64,000 nt of DNA from Stylophora pistillata. Its lineage: Eukaryota. Location of the stretch: assembly GCF_002571385.2 (NCBI RefSeq), contig NW_019218234.1:145912-209911 (forward strand), read 5' to 3'. Under the pieces are notes generated by a model. That model made no database searches, had not been told where the DNA came from, and saw only the letters and a program-made list of their open reading frames with translations. Each line of letters starts with the position of its first letter. The first letter of the stretch is position 1. Made by a program: the position numbers and the translations under genes. Of the stretch, positions 23,701 to 37,032 are shown in pieces.

Positions 23701-26700
23701 GGCTATCATTGTTGTTATCAATCCCTGTTTAAGAAGCTAGCATCTACATGTTCAGTCTTCAATTTTCCCTAGCTTTGCCATTTCTTGCAAACACCAGTTG
23801 AAAACAGTACATTAGTCTTTTAACTATCATAGGCATGACTACAGCACGAATAGATTTGAATGCATTCTTTAATACTGATGACTTACTAAATAGATTACAG
23901 CATAGAAGGTGGAATGTAATGAAGACTGAAGTGAATAAGCAAGGATGAACAGAAAAACAGAAAGAAAGGAAATGGTAAAATTGAAAATATATTAATTATT
24001 TTGTACAGTAAATATATTACAATGTTCACTGATTAATTACCGGTACTTTAAAGTTACAAAACGACTTGAAGAAAATAAAGAAATTAACTATGGAAACTAG
24101 GGGACATAAGCTAAACTTACATCTGTTGCCATGCTGGACAAAACTGTTGTACTGGTGTGCACAAAGGCAACCAATAGAAAGAAATGTAAACTGTTGAAGC
24201 CAATGGCCCAGTGGGAAAATAAAACAAGAAAATATAATCTGTAGCAGCCAAGGTGAACCATAAAAGAACAACTAAGCAAGAACAACCCAATAGCAATGGG
24301 TTTTCTAATATGCGATAAAAACATCATAGCTGGACGGGGAATTTTCACTAGCCCCCTGATATCCAACAGCACTTTTGTTGCACCCTGCAGAAGGCTACTA
24401 ATACAGCTGTCTACCTTTGGAGTAAAATAACAATAATCAAACCCTTTGCTTGGCCATTCCTATGAGATCCATCTTGTTAAGCACAAGTACATGTGGCCTG
24501 CTTGATAAATTATTTTGAAATTTGGGATTTCTCCCAGTAAAGGGAATTTATACCTCAGTCAAGGAATATAAAAATGTACCTTTGATGAGAAGTATATTCA
24601 GAAACTGAAAATAAACTGAGAAGGAGTTGTATGGAATTCTAGGACAACCATTAGTAAACATATATTAGGTGTCTTAATATTTTATCAACATTAGAGCATC
24701 AAAGTATGTTCCAGAGAACTTCAATCAAAAAACCTAGAGAAACCCTTAAAGTTATTCAGTACACTTTGCCATAGCAACATTCCTAGAAAAGTCAATAAAC
24801 TTGAAGAGGAGTTATGTTAAAAAGTCACAGACTACATATAGGGGCCTAAGAGATAAAAAGTCTTGTCATGCTTTTAATGTACCTAGAGTAAAGAAATAAA
24901 TTTCACATTTTTGTCAATCTTCTTGGGTTTTAAAATTTTCCAAAGAATGTTCTGTATAGAATTTAATGCTGACCTCAACCTTGATTGACATGGGTATGTC
25001 TGCAGGTGCATGGGTATGCACTGTGTGTAGGAGGAATATTTGTGATGAAAAAGACAGGCACAAGTGGGAGAGAAAGACTGATGATTAAGTTGAATGTTGA
25101 GGTGCAAAATAAATGAAACGTCCTTGACCCACTGTGGTCAATCAAGATCAAAGTAAAGGATATTCTTGCATCATGAACTTCCACAACACAGTCACACTTT
25201 GGAAGCTTTAGTTGCATCTTTCGAAAACCTAACAAGATAACCACACAACATTCTTGCATGTTAAGGCTTAACTTTCATCACAACTCAAGGCACAATATAA
25301 TATTCCCACAAGAACCTGCAGCCTGAAATTTGCCTTCAACCTTTAACTCATGACCCATTTTTACAGGAATGAAAAGAGCTCTGCACGTCTGTCACATGAC
25401 AGTGATATTTAAAGAATGGCATAACTTGTAAGAGAAAGCTGCTGGATGACAAGTTTTTGCCATCCAATAAAATGTTGAATTTTAAAACTATCCTGAAATC
25501 TCGGGCTTAAATGTTGTTGGCAAGTTGTGTGATTCCTTTCAATTTATTTTGAGAATGAGATGCACCATGTATGTACATGTACCACCTTATAGGGAATTGT
25601 ACAACGAAAACTTTCCCATAAAAATTCTAAAAATTTATGGTAAAGTAACTGGCTTTTTTTCCCTATTCAACTTTTGTAATATTGTATGGTCCTCAACATA
25701 ACCTTCTAATTTGAACCTCTTACAGAAACACACATGTACTTGTCAAAATAACGTGTGGAGCTAAATATAGTGCTCACATGGTGTCCTAATGTTTTGCAGT
25801 GTGATAACCTTAATTTGTTCCAATCAACATTAATGGTCTCCATGTTGCTTGTTCTACAAATTTGTATCATTATAATAATCTCCTCCCAAATTCCCAAAAT
25901 TACCGTTATTTCATTCTTATCAACCACTGGTGCCCTAAGCTCTTTCAGAAAGTAGGTTACATGTTAGACTGCATCACAAAACATCAAACATACCTTTAAG
26001 TACATGCATCTGAAAGGGATTTCAGGTCATTTTCCCACCAATGTAATCATGTGAACAATTTTCCAATGAAAAAGTCTAACTCTCTTTTGACTGGCTCATG
26101 CTTATTCCCTTTGTTGTTATTTTCCCCATGTAGTATAATTTAAGCAATTTTTTTTCTTCATATTTTTCCTTTTATAAGGAAAGGTACATGTACAATACAC
26201 AACATGCCAGTAACTATCTACAGTAGTATGAAAACTGTAGAACATATGCTGAGCAGTTTACAATCTGGCTGGGCAGAATTTTTATGTGAAGACTTTGGTA
26301 ACGACCTTTGGCGATCAACAAGATTAATTCCCTCTTCTCTCTCACTCTCAAATCTCTTTGGTTTTTCCGCAAAATTGATTTCGAAATAAATTTTGTGGTA
26401 CTACATTTGTTTTTAAAAAGATTGAATCCTGGCCTAAACACAATTTGTTATTTAATAATCCTTCACAAAAAGTAATTTAGAAAGTTAAAACAAGAGGTAA
26501 TTATAGATAACAATTACATTAATCAGTGTGACTCTCATTCATTGTTACCTTTGTTACCTTTATGTTTCGGTGAAAGCTTTTTCTTTAATTTGAATAACAT
26601 CTGTTTTCTTTATCATCCACTTGCTAAAAAATTGTTAAGTTTATGGCCTAAGTCCTAAATCATTTGGGTTCTTTGGGCAACCACTTTGTTAAGTGTCAGA

Positions 26701-29700
26701 AGAAAATAAAATTTGTTATCCACCACCATAAGTTGGCCTATGGCCTCAGATGGTATCCAAGACCTTTGGCACAGTTTTTCCCCACACATGTATATGCTAG
26801 ATTTTAATCCTTCAGCAATAATTGATTGATTATTGTTATATACCAAGATAAGCATGTTGCACAACTATTGTAATTAGCACCTCAACACTGGCACCTTTGT
26901 TATTCACACCCACCAACCACAATACATGTAATTACCATATCTGCACCTGCACCCGTATATACCTGTGGACAAGCTCATTAAAAGTGCAGTTTTGAACACG
27001 ATAAGTAACGGTCAACATGGTGGCAGCGGTGCTTGTCTCTTAATTTCACAGTCAAGAAGATTCAAGCCGATGAGCGATATGGCCTCAAACACTCCCTTCT
27101 AGTAATTCAAAACAACGGGGGATGATAAACACAATGTGGAGGTCTACATCTAAGACTTAGTTAACTACTGTATTATGCAAAACTGGTTTGATCCATCCAA
27201 GGAAACAGAAGCAGCGAAGTGGACGAAACCAGAGAAAGCGATGGTATGTCTTCGAGCATCGTTATCCCCTACAGCCAGAGCGATCTACAAATACAGTTTA
27301 GGATTGTCTGAAGAAGATCAGAGCAAACCGCACACGGTTATCAATGCTCTGAAAGAGTACTATGGCGCTAGCATCGGGGTCTCAGGGCGAGAGGCAAAAA
27401 TTCCTTTCCCTGCTACAAAATGAAGAGGAATCCATCGCATCTTGGGAAACAAGGATTCGCAATCAAGCTGCACAGTGCGAGTAAGAAAACTTCACTGATG
27501 AATTGATGAGAAATCAGTTCATCGCGGGATTAACATCTGAATCTCTCCGCGTAAAACTGATTGGGAAAGGCCACAGGCATCGAGATGCAGCTCAATCAAA
27601 AGTCACTCTACGAGAAGTTGTTGAAATAGCCAAAAGCCATGAGACAACCACATTTGCAAACCAGTTAATGAAAAATGCCTGAGGCAACCAGCAGGAGCAG
27701 GTAAACTTCACAAAGAAGACAAAACCCGAATACCGCAGCTCCAATACCTTAACAGCGGCCTGCTTCTGGTGTTGCGGTGAACATCCCAGCCCTTGTCAAC
27801 AGCATTGTCCAGCGTTTGCGAAACGGTGCAACAAGTGTGGAATCATTGGCCATTTTGCTCGTGCATGCAGAGGAGGAACGAGAATTGGTAGAAGACGACA
27901 GCAGTGATCGATTTTTGTTGATGATGACCCTGATGAAGAGGCATTTGTTATCAATGATCAGGCAGCGCCAGTCGGTGCAAAGAAATTCTTCACTCACCTG
28001 CACCTCATCCATGGGAGGCAGTCGAAAATTGTTAAAGCTCAAATCGACTCGGCGTCGACCTGTAACACTATGCCAGGTTCAGTATTAAGCCAGCTATTCC
28101 CGAATTTGAAGATCTCAAAGACAAAAAGCAGAATCAACACCTACGGAAGCCAAACAACGAAACCAGAAGGTCAAGTAACCCTCGTGTGTGAAAGGAAGGG
28201 CAAATTCCACACAATTGACTTCCTAGTGGTGAACGTTCCAGATGACAAGCCTCCACTTCTTAGCGGACGAGAGGCACAGGCTTTAAAGTATTTGACCATC
28301 TATGCAGACGAGACAAACGCAGTCGAAGAGGAGACCACATGAAACACACAGAAACTGCCTGCACTCGGCAAATTGACTTCAGAGGACATCCTAAAGCACT
28401 ACCCCAACGTTTTTAAACAAGGACGCAGGAAGCCTCTTGGGAGCCCCATGCACATTGACTTGGACCCATCAGTCACACCTGTTCATGCCCCTACTCGCCG
28501 TGTTCCAGTGGCAAAATTAAACAGGGTCAATGAAGAGCTGAAAAGGCTCTGTGAAGAAGGAATTATAAGGCCGGTAACCCAACCTACCGATTGGCTGTCC
28601 AATATGCTGGTTAAGGAAAAACCTAATGGCAAACTTCGCATCTGCATCGATCTAAGCCAAACCATAAACAAGGCAATCAAAAGGCCCCAATACACCATAC
28701 CCACAATCGAAGAGAGGCTACCGCTTCTGACAAACGCCAAGGTATTCACCGTCGTTGATGTTTCTGAGGCGTTTCATACTATTGAACTGGATGAAGACTC
28801 TTCCCTTCTAACAACTTTCCGGGGGCCAAATGGTCGCTATTGTAACAATCGGATGCCCTTTGGTATTGCCTCAGGACCAGAAGAATATCAGCGGCGACAA
28901 CATGAATTTCTGGACGGATTGAATGGGGTAATCAACATCACAGATGACATCTGTGTTTATGGCTGTGGCAACACTAAGAAGCTGACATTGATCATGACCG
29001 AAATCTTATCCATCTAGTTGAGAAGTGTAATGAACATGATCTTCGACTCTCCATGAAAAAAATTCAATTTAAGTCCAGCTCTGTTTCATTTATGGAGCAC
29101 CGACTTACCAAAAATGGAGTACAGCCGGATCCAAGCAAAGTAGCTGCGATCACAGGAATACCAACCTCAGCAGATAAGGCCGCATTGCAACGTTTCCTAG
29201 GAATGTGCCAGTACTTGTCCAAGTTCTGCCCAAACCTGTCCCAAACAGTCCTTCCATTGAGGAAACTAACTAGGGATGACACTGAATTCCTTTGGTCAGA
29301 AGTCCATGAGCCATGAGGCAGCCTTCAACTCAGCCAAAACTCTCGTAGCCTCAACAACAGTATTGCGCTATTATGACGTCAGCCTTCCTGTGACTCTTCA
29401 AGTAGACGCATCTGACAGTGCCATAGGTGGGGTCTTACTTCAGGAGGGCCATCCTGTCTGCTTCACGTCACACACCCTCAGCGCTACAGAAAAGAATTAT
29501 GCTCATATTGAGAAAGAGTGCTTGGCAATTGTGTCCTGTATGGTGAAATGGCATCATTACCTTTATAGAAAGTGAGACATGATGGTCCACTCTGATCATC
29601 AGCCTCCCGAGACAATTTTCAAAAAACCTCTGAGCAGAGCTCCACGCAGGCTTCAGAGAATGATGCTGAGACTTCAGAACTATCAATTCACTGTACAGTA

Positions 29701-32700
29701 CTAGAAAAGAAAAGAGCTCTTCGTGGCCAACACTCTGTCTCGTGCACCTCTCAATGGTGGAACCCAGTCCCCCTCCAGAATGACGCAAGACTACGATGTG
29801 TTTCATGTGAATCTCACACAAATGGACCTGTCAACATACCTTGTCAAACCCGGTACAATGAACCAGATCAGAAAGGAAACTGAGAAAGACCCATCACTGA
29901 TGACACTGAACAACAAGGTACTTGGTGGCTGGCCCCACCAAAAGAGTGAAGTACCAGAGGAAATCAGAGCATACTGGGACCTCAGAGATGAGATTTCAGT
30001 ATATGATGGAGTGCTTTTCAAATATCATCAAGTCATTGTTCCCACATCACTCAGACCCGAGCTCTTACAGAAGATACACAAAGCACACCAATTAAGGTGC
30101 CAACAGTAGTATACGAATAGCCCAGGAATCCGTTTACTGGCCGGGAATGCAAGCAGCAATCAGGCAAACATGCTCCTCATGAGGTGTGTGTTCTCAATAC
30201 TTAAGTGAATGGCCCCATGAACCCATGCAGTCACATGCCATACCATCTCGGCCATGGGAAAGAGTGAGTCCAGATCTGTTTCAACTAAATGGCAGTAACT
30301 ACCTTGTGCTTGTGGACCACTACAGTGACTATATTGAACTTGGGCCTTTAAAAAACACATCAGCCGTTGCAGTCATACGAGCCTTGAAGCGAAACTTCGC
30401 ACGTCACAGCATTCCTGACGAATGCGTGACAGATAACGGTCCACAGTTTGTCAGCCACGAATATGCACGCTTTGCACGTGAATACGGATTCACCAGCATT
30501 AGATTATCTCCCTACCATAGTCGAGGAAATGGCAAAGCCGAATCTGAAGTCAAGATTGCCAAAAATATTCTGAAAAAATTCCACTTTGAGGACCCATATC
30601 TGGCTCTTCTGGCCTATCGAAACACGCCACAACAGGGATACCAGTACTCACCAGCACAGCGACTCAAGTCCCGGAAACTTCATGACATCATCCCAACAGC
30701 AGCAAGCCAGCTACTCCCACAAGCTGCATCAGGACAGGTTATAGTGAGAAACATCGAAGAAAGGAGAGCCCGATCAAAAGCCCATTACAACAAGAGGGCA
30801 TCAGGCCCGCTGAAACCATTTGCCCCAGGAGAAGAGGTATTTCTCAAGCCACGACCAACAAACAAGTCTCAGCCATGGATCTATGGGGAGGTGATCGAAC
30901 AACCCACATAGAGATCCTGCATGATCAAGACGGCAATGGGACCTATTCAACGAAACTATGCCCAAATCCGAGAGGCTAGAACTGAGCCAGCTGAAAGACA
31001 CACCACCGGGATGAACCAGCTTGAAATCGCATCCACACACTCTGAACAGGAGCAGGAAAGACAACCAGCTGACCTTGAGCAAATGGAGCTAGAGAACAGA
31101 CTACCTCGAGGAGAAGGCGGACTTCGCCATCCACATATGGAATCAGAAAGCGCGCCATCTAGTCCAGATGAGTGTGGACATTGCCGTTCACAAAGGACTC
31201 GCAAACAGCCGTCAAGGTTCAAAGACTATGCCGTGTAGGCTCACAAGCGAGATAAACTGAACTATAATTGATTAGTACACTTATTCATTTATTTATCAGT
31301 CCTCTTTCCAAGAGAGAGAGGGTGTTGCACAACTATTGTAATTAGCACCTCAACACTTGCACCTTCGTTATTCACACCCACCAACCACAATACATGTAAT
31401 TACAATATCTGCACCTGCACCCGTATATATCTGTGGACAAGCTCATTAAAAGTGCAGTTTTGAACATGATAAGTAACGGTCAACAAGCCCTGTGATTGTT
31501 TGATTCTTAGGGATGACTGCCCCTAATCAAATTACAATGTATCCTGACCGTGATACAATTGCACAGTTATTGCCCTTATGCTGAATACAACAGCTTGTTT
31601 TTGTCACATGATTGTTTATGAGAAAGTCTATGTAATGTTTTGATAGTATTGTTTACCAGAAGTTGTGTTTGCAGAAGTTCTCGGACAGTGTAAACATGCA
31701 AAGGATCATGGATGGTTGTGTGGGCCATGCTTTCTGGGTTTCATGGCTGCTGAATAAAGTGTAGTTTCTTTTTATAGTTATATCTGGTTTATTAAATAGC
31801 CATCCGAGTGACATCGTTAAATTGGCGACAAGGATTCAATTCGTTTTGTGAGGTAGTGGATGTTTTTCAAAGTCATTTGCACGGAAAGTCCAGGCATATT
31901 CTCAGAAGATGATGGACAATAGAACCAGTTTGAGTACAACTTCAAGTTCACAAGCTTCGCCAGCTGCGATGTTTGTTCCTCTTCTTGATGTGGCCAGCCT
32001 TACTCCCTTCAATCCAAAGGAAGATCCAAACACACTTGCAGTTCACTGGAAGTTGTGGAAACACTTGTTTAATCTGTATGGTGGCAAAAGGTATTACACA
32101 GGATGAACAGAAAACTGTATTGCTGTTGCATACTCAAGGGTTGAATTTACAGGAGCTTTATTACACATTATTGACTGGTGCAGATATCAAGCCATTTGCT
32201 GAGAGTATGGAGTTGTTGGATAACTATTTTGCACCACAGTTGAATGTTCCATTCAAAAGACATCAGTTTAGGCAAATGGAGCAAGCATCAGGAGAGTCAA
32301 TGGATCAGTTTGTTTGTCGGTTGAGGCAGAAAGTGATCTCATGCGAGTTTCAAAATGTCGATGAGGCAATAAGAGATCAGCTTATTGAGAAATGCAGGGA
32401 TCCCAGCCTTCACCCTAAGTTTCTTGAGAAAGGAAATGCTACTCTGAAGGATTTACAAGATTTGGCTTGTGTGCAGGAAGCAGTGAACATGCAGGTCAAG
32501 GCTATGGATCAGTCATCCAGTCAGGTAAATACTGTTTCTGGCAGACCTCACAGCAAAGGAAAAGGAAAAAGGGCAGCACAGGGTAGAGGCAGAGGAAATA
32601 AGCCCAGTAAACAGTCTAGTGGTTCTCAGGAGACAAAAGTGAGAGGCTGTTTTCGCTGTAATTACACTGACCATATGGCATGTGACCAGAATTGTCCTGC

Positions 32701-35700
32701 CCGTAGCACGAAATGAAATGCATGTGGCACGATTGGACATTTTGCAGTCTGTTGCAAAACAAAGGAGTGAAAACCCTTTGCAAGGGATCACGAGTGAAGG
32801 AAACATACATGGGGGAGAGCTTACCAACTATCAGAGGATTCAGCCACTGGCCAACAAGATCATTATGCATTTGCAGTTGGAGTTGGTCAGCCTACACGTG
32901 GTAGTAAAGTAGATTTAAAGATTGTAGGAGTGATGCTACCCGCAGTATTTATTGACTCTGGCATGTCATGCAATGTGATCGACCAAGCAACCTGGGAAAT
33001 TTTGAAGAAGAAGAGTGTCCAGTGTGAATTCAAGAAATCAAGCAGAAAGTTGTTTGCTTAAGGGTAGAAAGATCCTATTGAGGTGATCAGGACATTTGTG
33101 TCTGAGATTGTATGTGAAATCAGTGGTATCAGTTGCGTGGATGAATTCACAGTGGTTAAAGGTCAAGGAAGACCTCTACTCGCAAAGAACACTGCAGAGA
33201 AGTTGGGCATATTAAGGGTCGGCCCTGATGTGTGTTCATTAACTACTGAAGGAAATGATGCCGAGATTTGTGAGAAGTAAAGAGAGGTTTTTACAGGGGT
33301 CGGGAAACTGAAGGATTTCAGCTGAAGTTACATGTAAAAGACTATGTCAAGCCTGTTGCACAACCCATACTGAGACTGCCATTTGGGTTAAGAGCCAGGG
33401 TTGACGAGAAGTTGAATGAGCTGTTAGCAAAAGACATCATCGAGGAGGTGTCACACAACCCAACTGAGTGGGTCGCCATTGGTTGTTGTCCCAAAGACAG
33501 ATGGTGACATTCGGATTTGTGTGGACATGCACAGGGCGAATTCAGCAATAGAGAGGGAAAGACATCCTATCCCTATAATTGAGAAAGTCTTGTACGACCT
33601 TAATAGCTCAACTCTTTTCTTAAAGCTCAACCTCAAGTGCAGCTTCCACCAGGTGGAACTTGATGAAAGACTGCACGAGATCACAATGTTTGTTACACAC
33701 CGTGGTTTGTACAGGTAAAAGTATTTGATCTTTGGGGTAACATCGGCACCTGAAAAGTACCAGAAAATTGTGGCAGATGTTTTGCATGGTTGGGAGGGAG
33801 TGGCTAATTTGGCAGATTTGATTTGATTGTGCATGGTTGTGGCATAAAGGAACATGACAGGAATTTACATGCCGTACTGACCCGATTGAAAGAGAAAGGA
33901 CTAACTTTGAATGGGGACAAATGCCACTTTCGTCTTCCCAAGCTGACATTCTTCAGTCATGACCTGAGCAGGCAAGGTGTTGCACCCAGTGAAGAGAAAG
34001 TAGCTGCCATCTTAAAGGCAAGCCCTCCACAAGATGCTTCACAGGTCAGATCATCTTTTCAGCTTGTACAGTATTCTGCAAAGTTTCTTCCCAACTTTGC
34101 CCAAAAAACAGAACCACTCAGGAGCCTCTTGAGGAAGAATGAGCCTTTCATCTGGGGTGAAGCACAAGAAAGATCCTTCCACAACTTGAAACAGCTCGTT
34201 GCACAGGCCACTTCGCTTGTATATTTCAGAGGAGACTGTAACACGTGTATTATTACCGATGCAGATCCACAAGGTTTAGGTGTGGTGCTGACTCAACTTT
34301 AGGATGGCGAGTGGCAAGCAATCTCATACACGTCCAGGAACCTCACTAAAGTGGAACGGAGATACAGTCAGACCGAGAAAGAGGCCGTTGCCGTAGTATG
34401 GGCTCGTGAGAGGTTCAATATTTATGTGTACTGGCAGAAATTTGAACTTGAAACTGATCATAAGCCACTCGAGTGTATTTTTGGCAGGCTTTCAAAACCT
34501 TCAGCACGTATCAAACGTTGGGTTCTGAGGTTACAGGGGTATGACTACAGAGTGGTTTATTGGCCTGGCAAAGCAAACATTGCAGACTCTCTCGAAAGAC
34601 TCAATCAATGTGAACCTAAAGACTAAAGTGTGAAATTTGATTTTGTCAAGGCAGTCGCTGAGGAAAGTTTACTTGTTGCTCTGACAGCGAAACAAGTTGA
34701 ACTGGCTTTTGATATTAACCCAGAACTTGCTAGCCTGAGACAGTACATTTTAAGTGGGGACTGGTCTCAATGTAAGATGACAGCTTATGTGTGTGTCAAG
34801 GATGAATTGCGTGTGTTGGGCAAACTCATTTTGCATGGTACAAGAATTGTTGTTCCGAAGGCTTTATGGGGAGAAGTCTTGCGTCTTGCCCACGAGGGAC
34901 ATCAGTGCATCGTAAAAATGAAGGCACGTTTAAGGACAAAGGTTTGGTGGCCAAAGATTGACTCAGATGTAGAGTGAACGTGTAAGTCTTGTCATGGATG
35001 CCAAGTCGTAGGTGAATTTCAAGTTCCTGAGCCCATGAAAAGAGTAAAGCCACCTACTGGACCCTGTCAAGACATCGCCATAGACTTGATGGGTCCTCTT
35101 CCCACTGGAGAAAGTTTGCTCGTAGTCGTAGACTATACCGGTCCCAAGCTTTGGAACGATTTACCATATTCCTTGAAAACATCTGAATCTGTTGCAATTT
35201 TCAAGAAGAACCTTACAACATACTTGTTCAAAGACGCTTTTTAATTTACGATTTTTTATAATGTAATTGCTATGTTAATTAGTCTATAATTTTGTAAAGC
35301 GCTATGGAGAACTAGTCGAGCTTAGCGCTATATAATTGCTTTTTATTTTTATTATTATTATTATTATTACAGTAGATTCTACGAGGTAGTGATCATGCGC
35401 TCAACAGCAGCTAAGAGAGTGGTGGATGTGCTGACACAGATATTCTACAGATATGGATTTCCATTTACACTCAAATCTGACAACAGTCCTAAGTTTTGGT
35501 GTGAGGAGTTTGAGAAGTTTCTCTCTGATCACGGAATCAAACACTTGACATCTCCACCATTCTGGCCGCAGGCTAATGGACATGTCGAAAGACAGAATAG
35601 AACTCTGCTTAAGTCTTTGAAAAATGCTCACATCGAGGGAAAGAACTGGCACGAAGAACTGCAGAAGTTTCTGTTAGCCTATAGAACCACACCGCAAACA

Positions 35701-37032
35701 AGTACTGGTGTTACTCCTGCATTCCTCATGTTTGGTAGAGAGTTGAAAACAAAACTTCCAGAGTTAAGGTGCACTGGTAACCTGTTGGACAAGGGGCCAG
35801 AGATCGTGATTGGAATCACAAGTTGGTCCACAAAGAACATGCTGACAACAAGCGGGGTGCCGCTGAAAGCCCTGTAACACCTGGGGATCTGGATTTAGTG
35901 AAGAACATGAAAACGTCTGGCAAGCTAGAAGCAAATGTTGAGAGTGAGCCATACACAGTGCAGACTAAAGGAGGCAGTGAGGTGACTGTTAGGTCCAAAG
36001 AGGGTGTGGAACATAGGCGGAACAGTGCATTGGTTAAGCGGTACAACCCACCAGGGGAATTACCGGAAGCCACAGAGGCCATTTCTCAAGACGCTTCCCT
36101 TCCACCATAGGAGAATATAGCAACATCAAGACCAAGGCAGACTGTCAGAATGCTGGAGAAGTACAAGGACTATGTACTTTATGAACTGAACTCTGTTGGC
36201 ACGTTGGACTTATGTTGACGTCTGTTAGATGCGGTTTCATGTTACTAAATTTTATTGAACAGTTTTCATGCAGATAGATTTTTTTTTGCTGTTATCTGTT
36301 TGTCCCTAAGGAAAGGAAGGGATGTAATGTTTTGATAGTATTGTTTACTGGAAGTTGTGTTTGCGGAAGTTCTCAGACATTGTAAACATGCAAAGGATCA
36401 AGGATAGTTGTGTGGGCCATGCTTTCTGGGTGTCATGGCGGCTGAATAAAGTGTAGTTTCTTTTTATAGTTAAATCTGGTTTGTTGCACGGCCATCCAGG
36501 TGACATCATTACAGTCTAAATATATAGCAAAGCACTTAATGTATGGTCCCTTGGGAAACTAGTTAGTTTTATTTTCCCAAGAGTCCTGATGTTTGCCTCG
36601 ACTTTGTCTTGGGGAACATCAGGACTCTCTGGAAAACACAGCTAACTGTTTCCCTCAGAACCATACATTAAGTGCACATTTATTTGTACCAGAAATTTAA
36701 TTGAATAAAAACAATCATTTTTGTCCCACTTTGATTCTTCTTTTTTTACTTCCCCATAGTTTTGGCTCATAACTCCCAAAGGATTGTGGTCAGATAGACA
36801 GGGGAGGAGTGGGGGTGAAAGTACTGTCCTCTTGGCAATCTGGTGGCAATCATTCATGCAAATTTTTTCGAAGAAATAGAGGTTTGGAACACTTCTCACC
36901 TTTTGCCATGTGGCCTGGAAACCATTTCAAAAATATGCTAGGATGAAAATGTACTGGAAGGCGAAAAGATGGTCGGAAACTTGCATTTGCAAGCCATAAC
37001 TCCGTGCGGTTCACGTAAAGGCTCACTGCCAT
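17761..37032 (-). CDS. MTG1: Mitochondrial ribosome-associated GTPase 1 (RbgA/YlqF family circularly permuted GTPase), 12 exons, 338 aa
   Basis: Exons (minus): 37032-36900, 25228-25164, 24547-24443, 23688-23605, 23067-23005, 21875-21779, 21189-21128, 19985-19946, 19827-19771, 19122-19041, 18201-18110, 17897-17761. They total 1017 nt with consistent phases and no internal stops. Motifs: [24 protein letters not shown]4 LVLNKMDL, G1 [10 protein letters not shown]2 PGITR, G3 [27 protein letters not shown]. Start context AACATGGC. Confidence 0.95.
20430..20850. mobile_element. Older inverted pair of the tRNA-Thr-derived repeat in MTG1 intron 7
   Basis: Partial minus-strand tRNA-like copy (about 20503-20548) and plus-strand copy GGCTTGTTAGCTCAGTCGGTAGAGC…CCAGGCCT (about 20657-20729), with inverted flanks. 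Confidence 0.75.
24548..25163 (-). other. U12-type (minor spliceosome) intron with AT-AA termini, MTG1 intron 2
   Basis: 5' site ATATCCTTT (25163-25155); branch point TTCCTTGAC (24566-24558); intron ends GGTATAA; the join restores HDAR|IPFTGRNP. Confidence 0.9.
26855..31485 (+). mobile_element. Full-length decayed Ty3/Gypsy LTR retrotransposon (element 1) in MTG1 intron 1
   Basis: 163-bp LTRs TG…CA at 26855-27017 and 31323-31485 (5 mismatches); PBS TGGTGGCAGCGGTG (tRNA-Leu-like) at 27018; polypurine tract AGAGAGAGAGGG before the 3' LTR; imperfect TSD AGCA/AGCC; domain order gag, protease, RT, RNase H, integrase. Confidence 0.95.
27070..31238 (+). pseudogene. Disrupted gag-pol of Gypsy element 1
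   Basis: CCHC knuckle ([14 protein letters not shown]), protease [10 protein letters not shown] ([30 protein letters not shown]), RNase H ([14 protein letters not shown]), integrase ([21 protein letters not shown]); many stops and frameshifts. Confidence 0.9.
31909..36110 (+). pseudogene. Disrupted gag-pol of Gypsy element 2
   Basis: gag ([30 protein letters not shown]), protease IDSG, RT ([12 protein letters not shown]), RNase H ([21 protein letters not shown]), integrase ([18 protein letters not shown]); many stops. Confidence 0.9.
35137..35367 (+). mobile_element. 5'-truncated CR1/L2-type LINE inserted in the integrase of element 2
   Basis: [34 protein letters not shown], then a 3' UTR and (ATT)n tail; removing it restores the integrase VVVDY|YSRFYEV. 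Confidence 0.85.
36532..36675. mobile_element. Palindromic MITE
   Basis: GCACTTAATGTATGGT / ACCATACATTAAGTGC ends and an internal inverted repeat AGAGTCCTGATGTT / AACATCAGGACTCT. Confidence 0.75.

Larger units (their letters stand above)
31631..36513 (+). mobile_element. Full-length decayed Ty3/Gypsy LTR retrotransposon (element 2) in MTG1 intron 1
   Basis: 191-bp LTRs at 31631-31821 and 36323-36513 (about 19 mismatches); perfect 5-bp TSD GTCTA (31626-31630, 36514-36518); PBS TGGCGACAAGGAT (tRNA-Ser-like); polypurine tract AAGGAAAGGAAGGGA. Confidence 0.95.

Noticed and set aside
24554-24557. Canonical AG acceptor (TGAG) for MTG1 intron 2
   Set aside because: It is too close to the branch point and adds GTA TAA, an in-frame stop
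17467-26441. Short ORF-track hits, which I first read as a decayed spliced transposase
   Set aside because: The real exons assemble cleanly into MTG1; the remaining ORFs are intronic or out of frame
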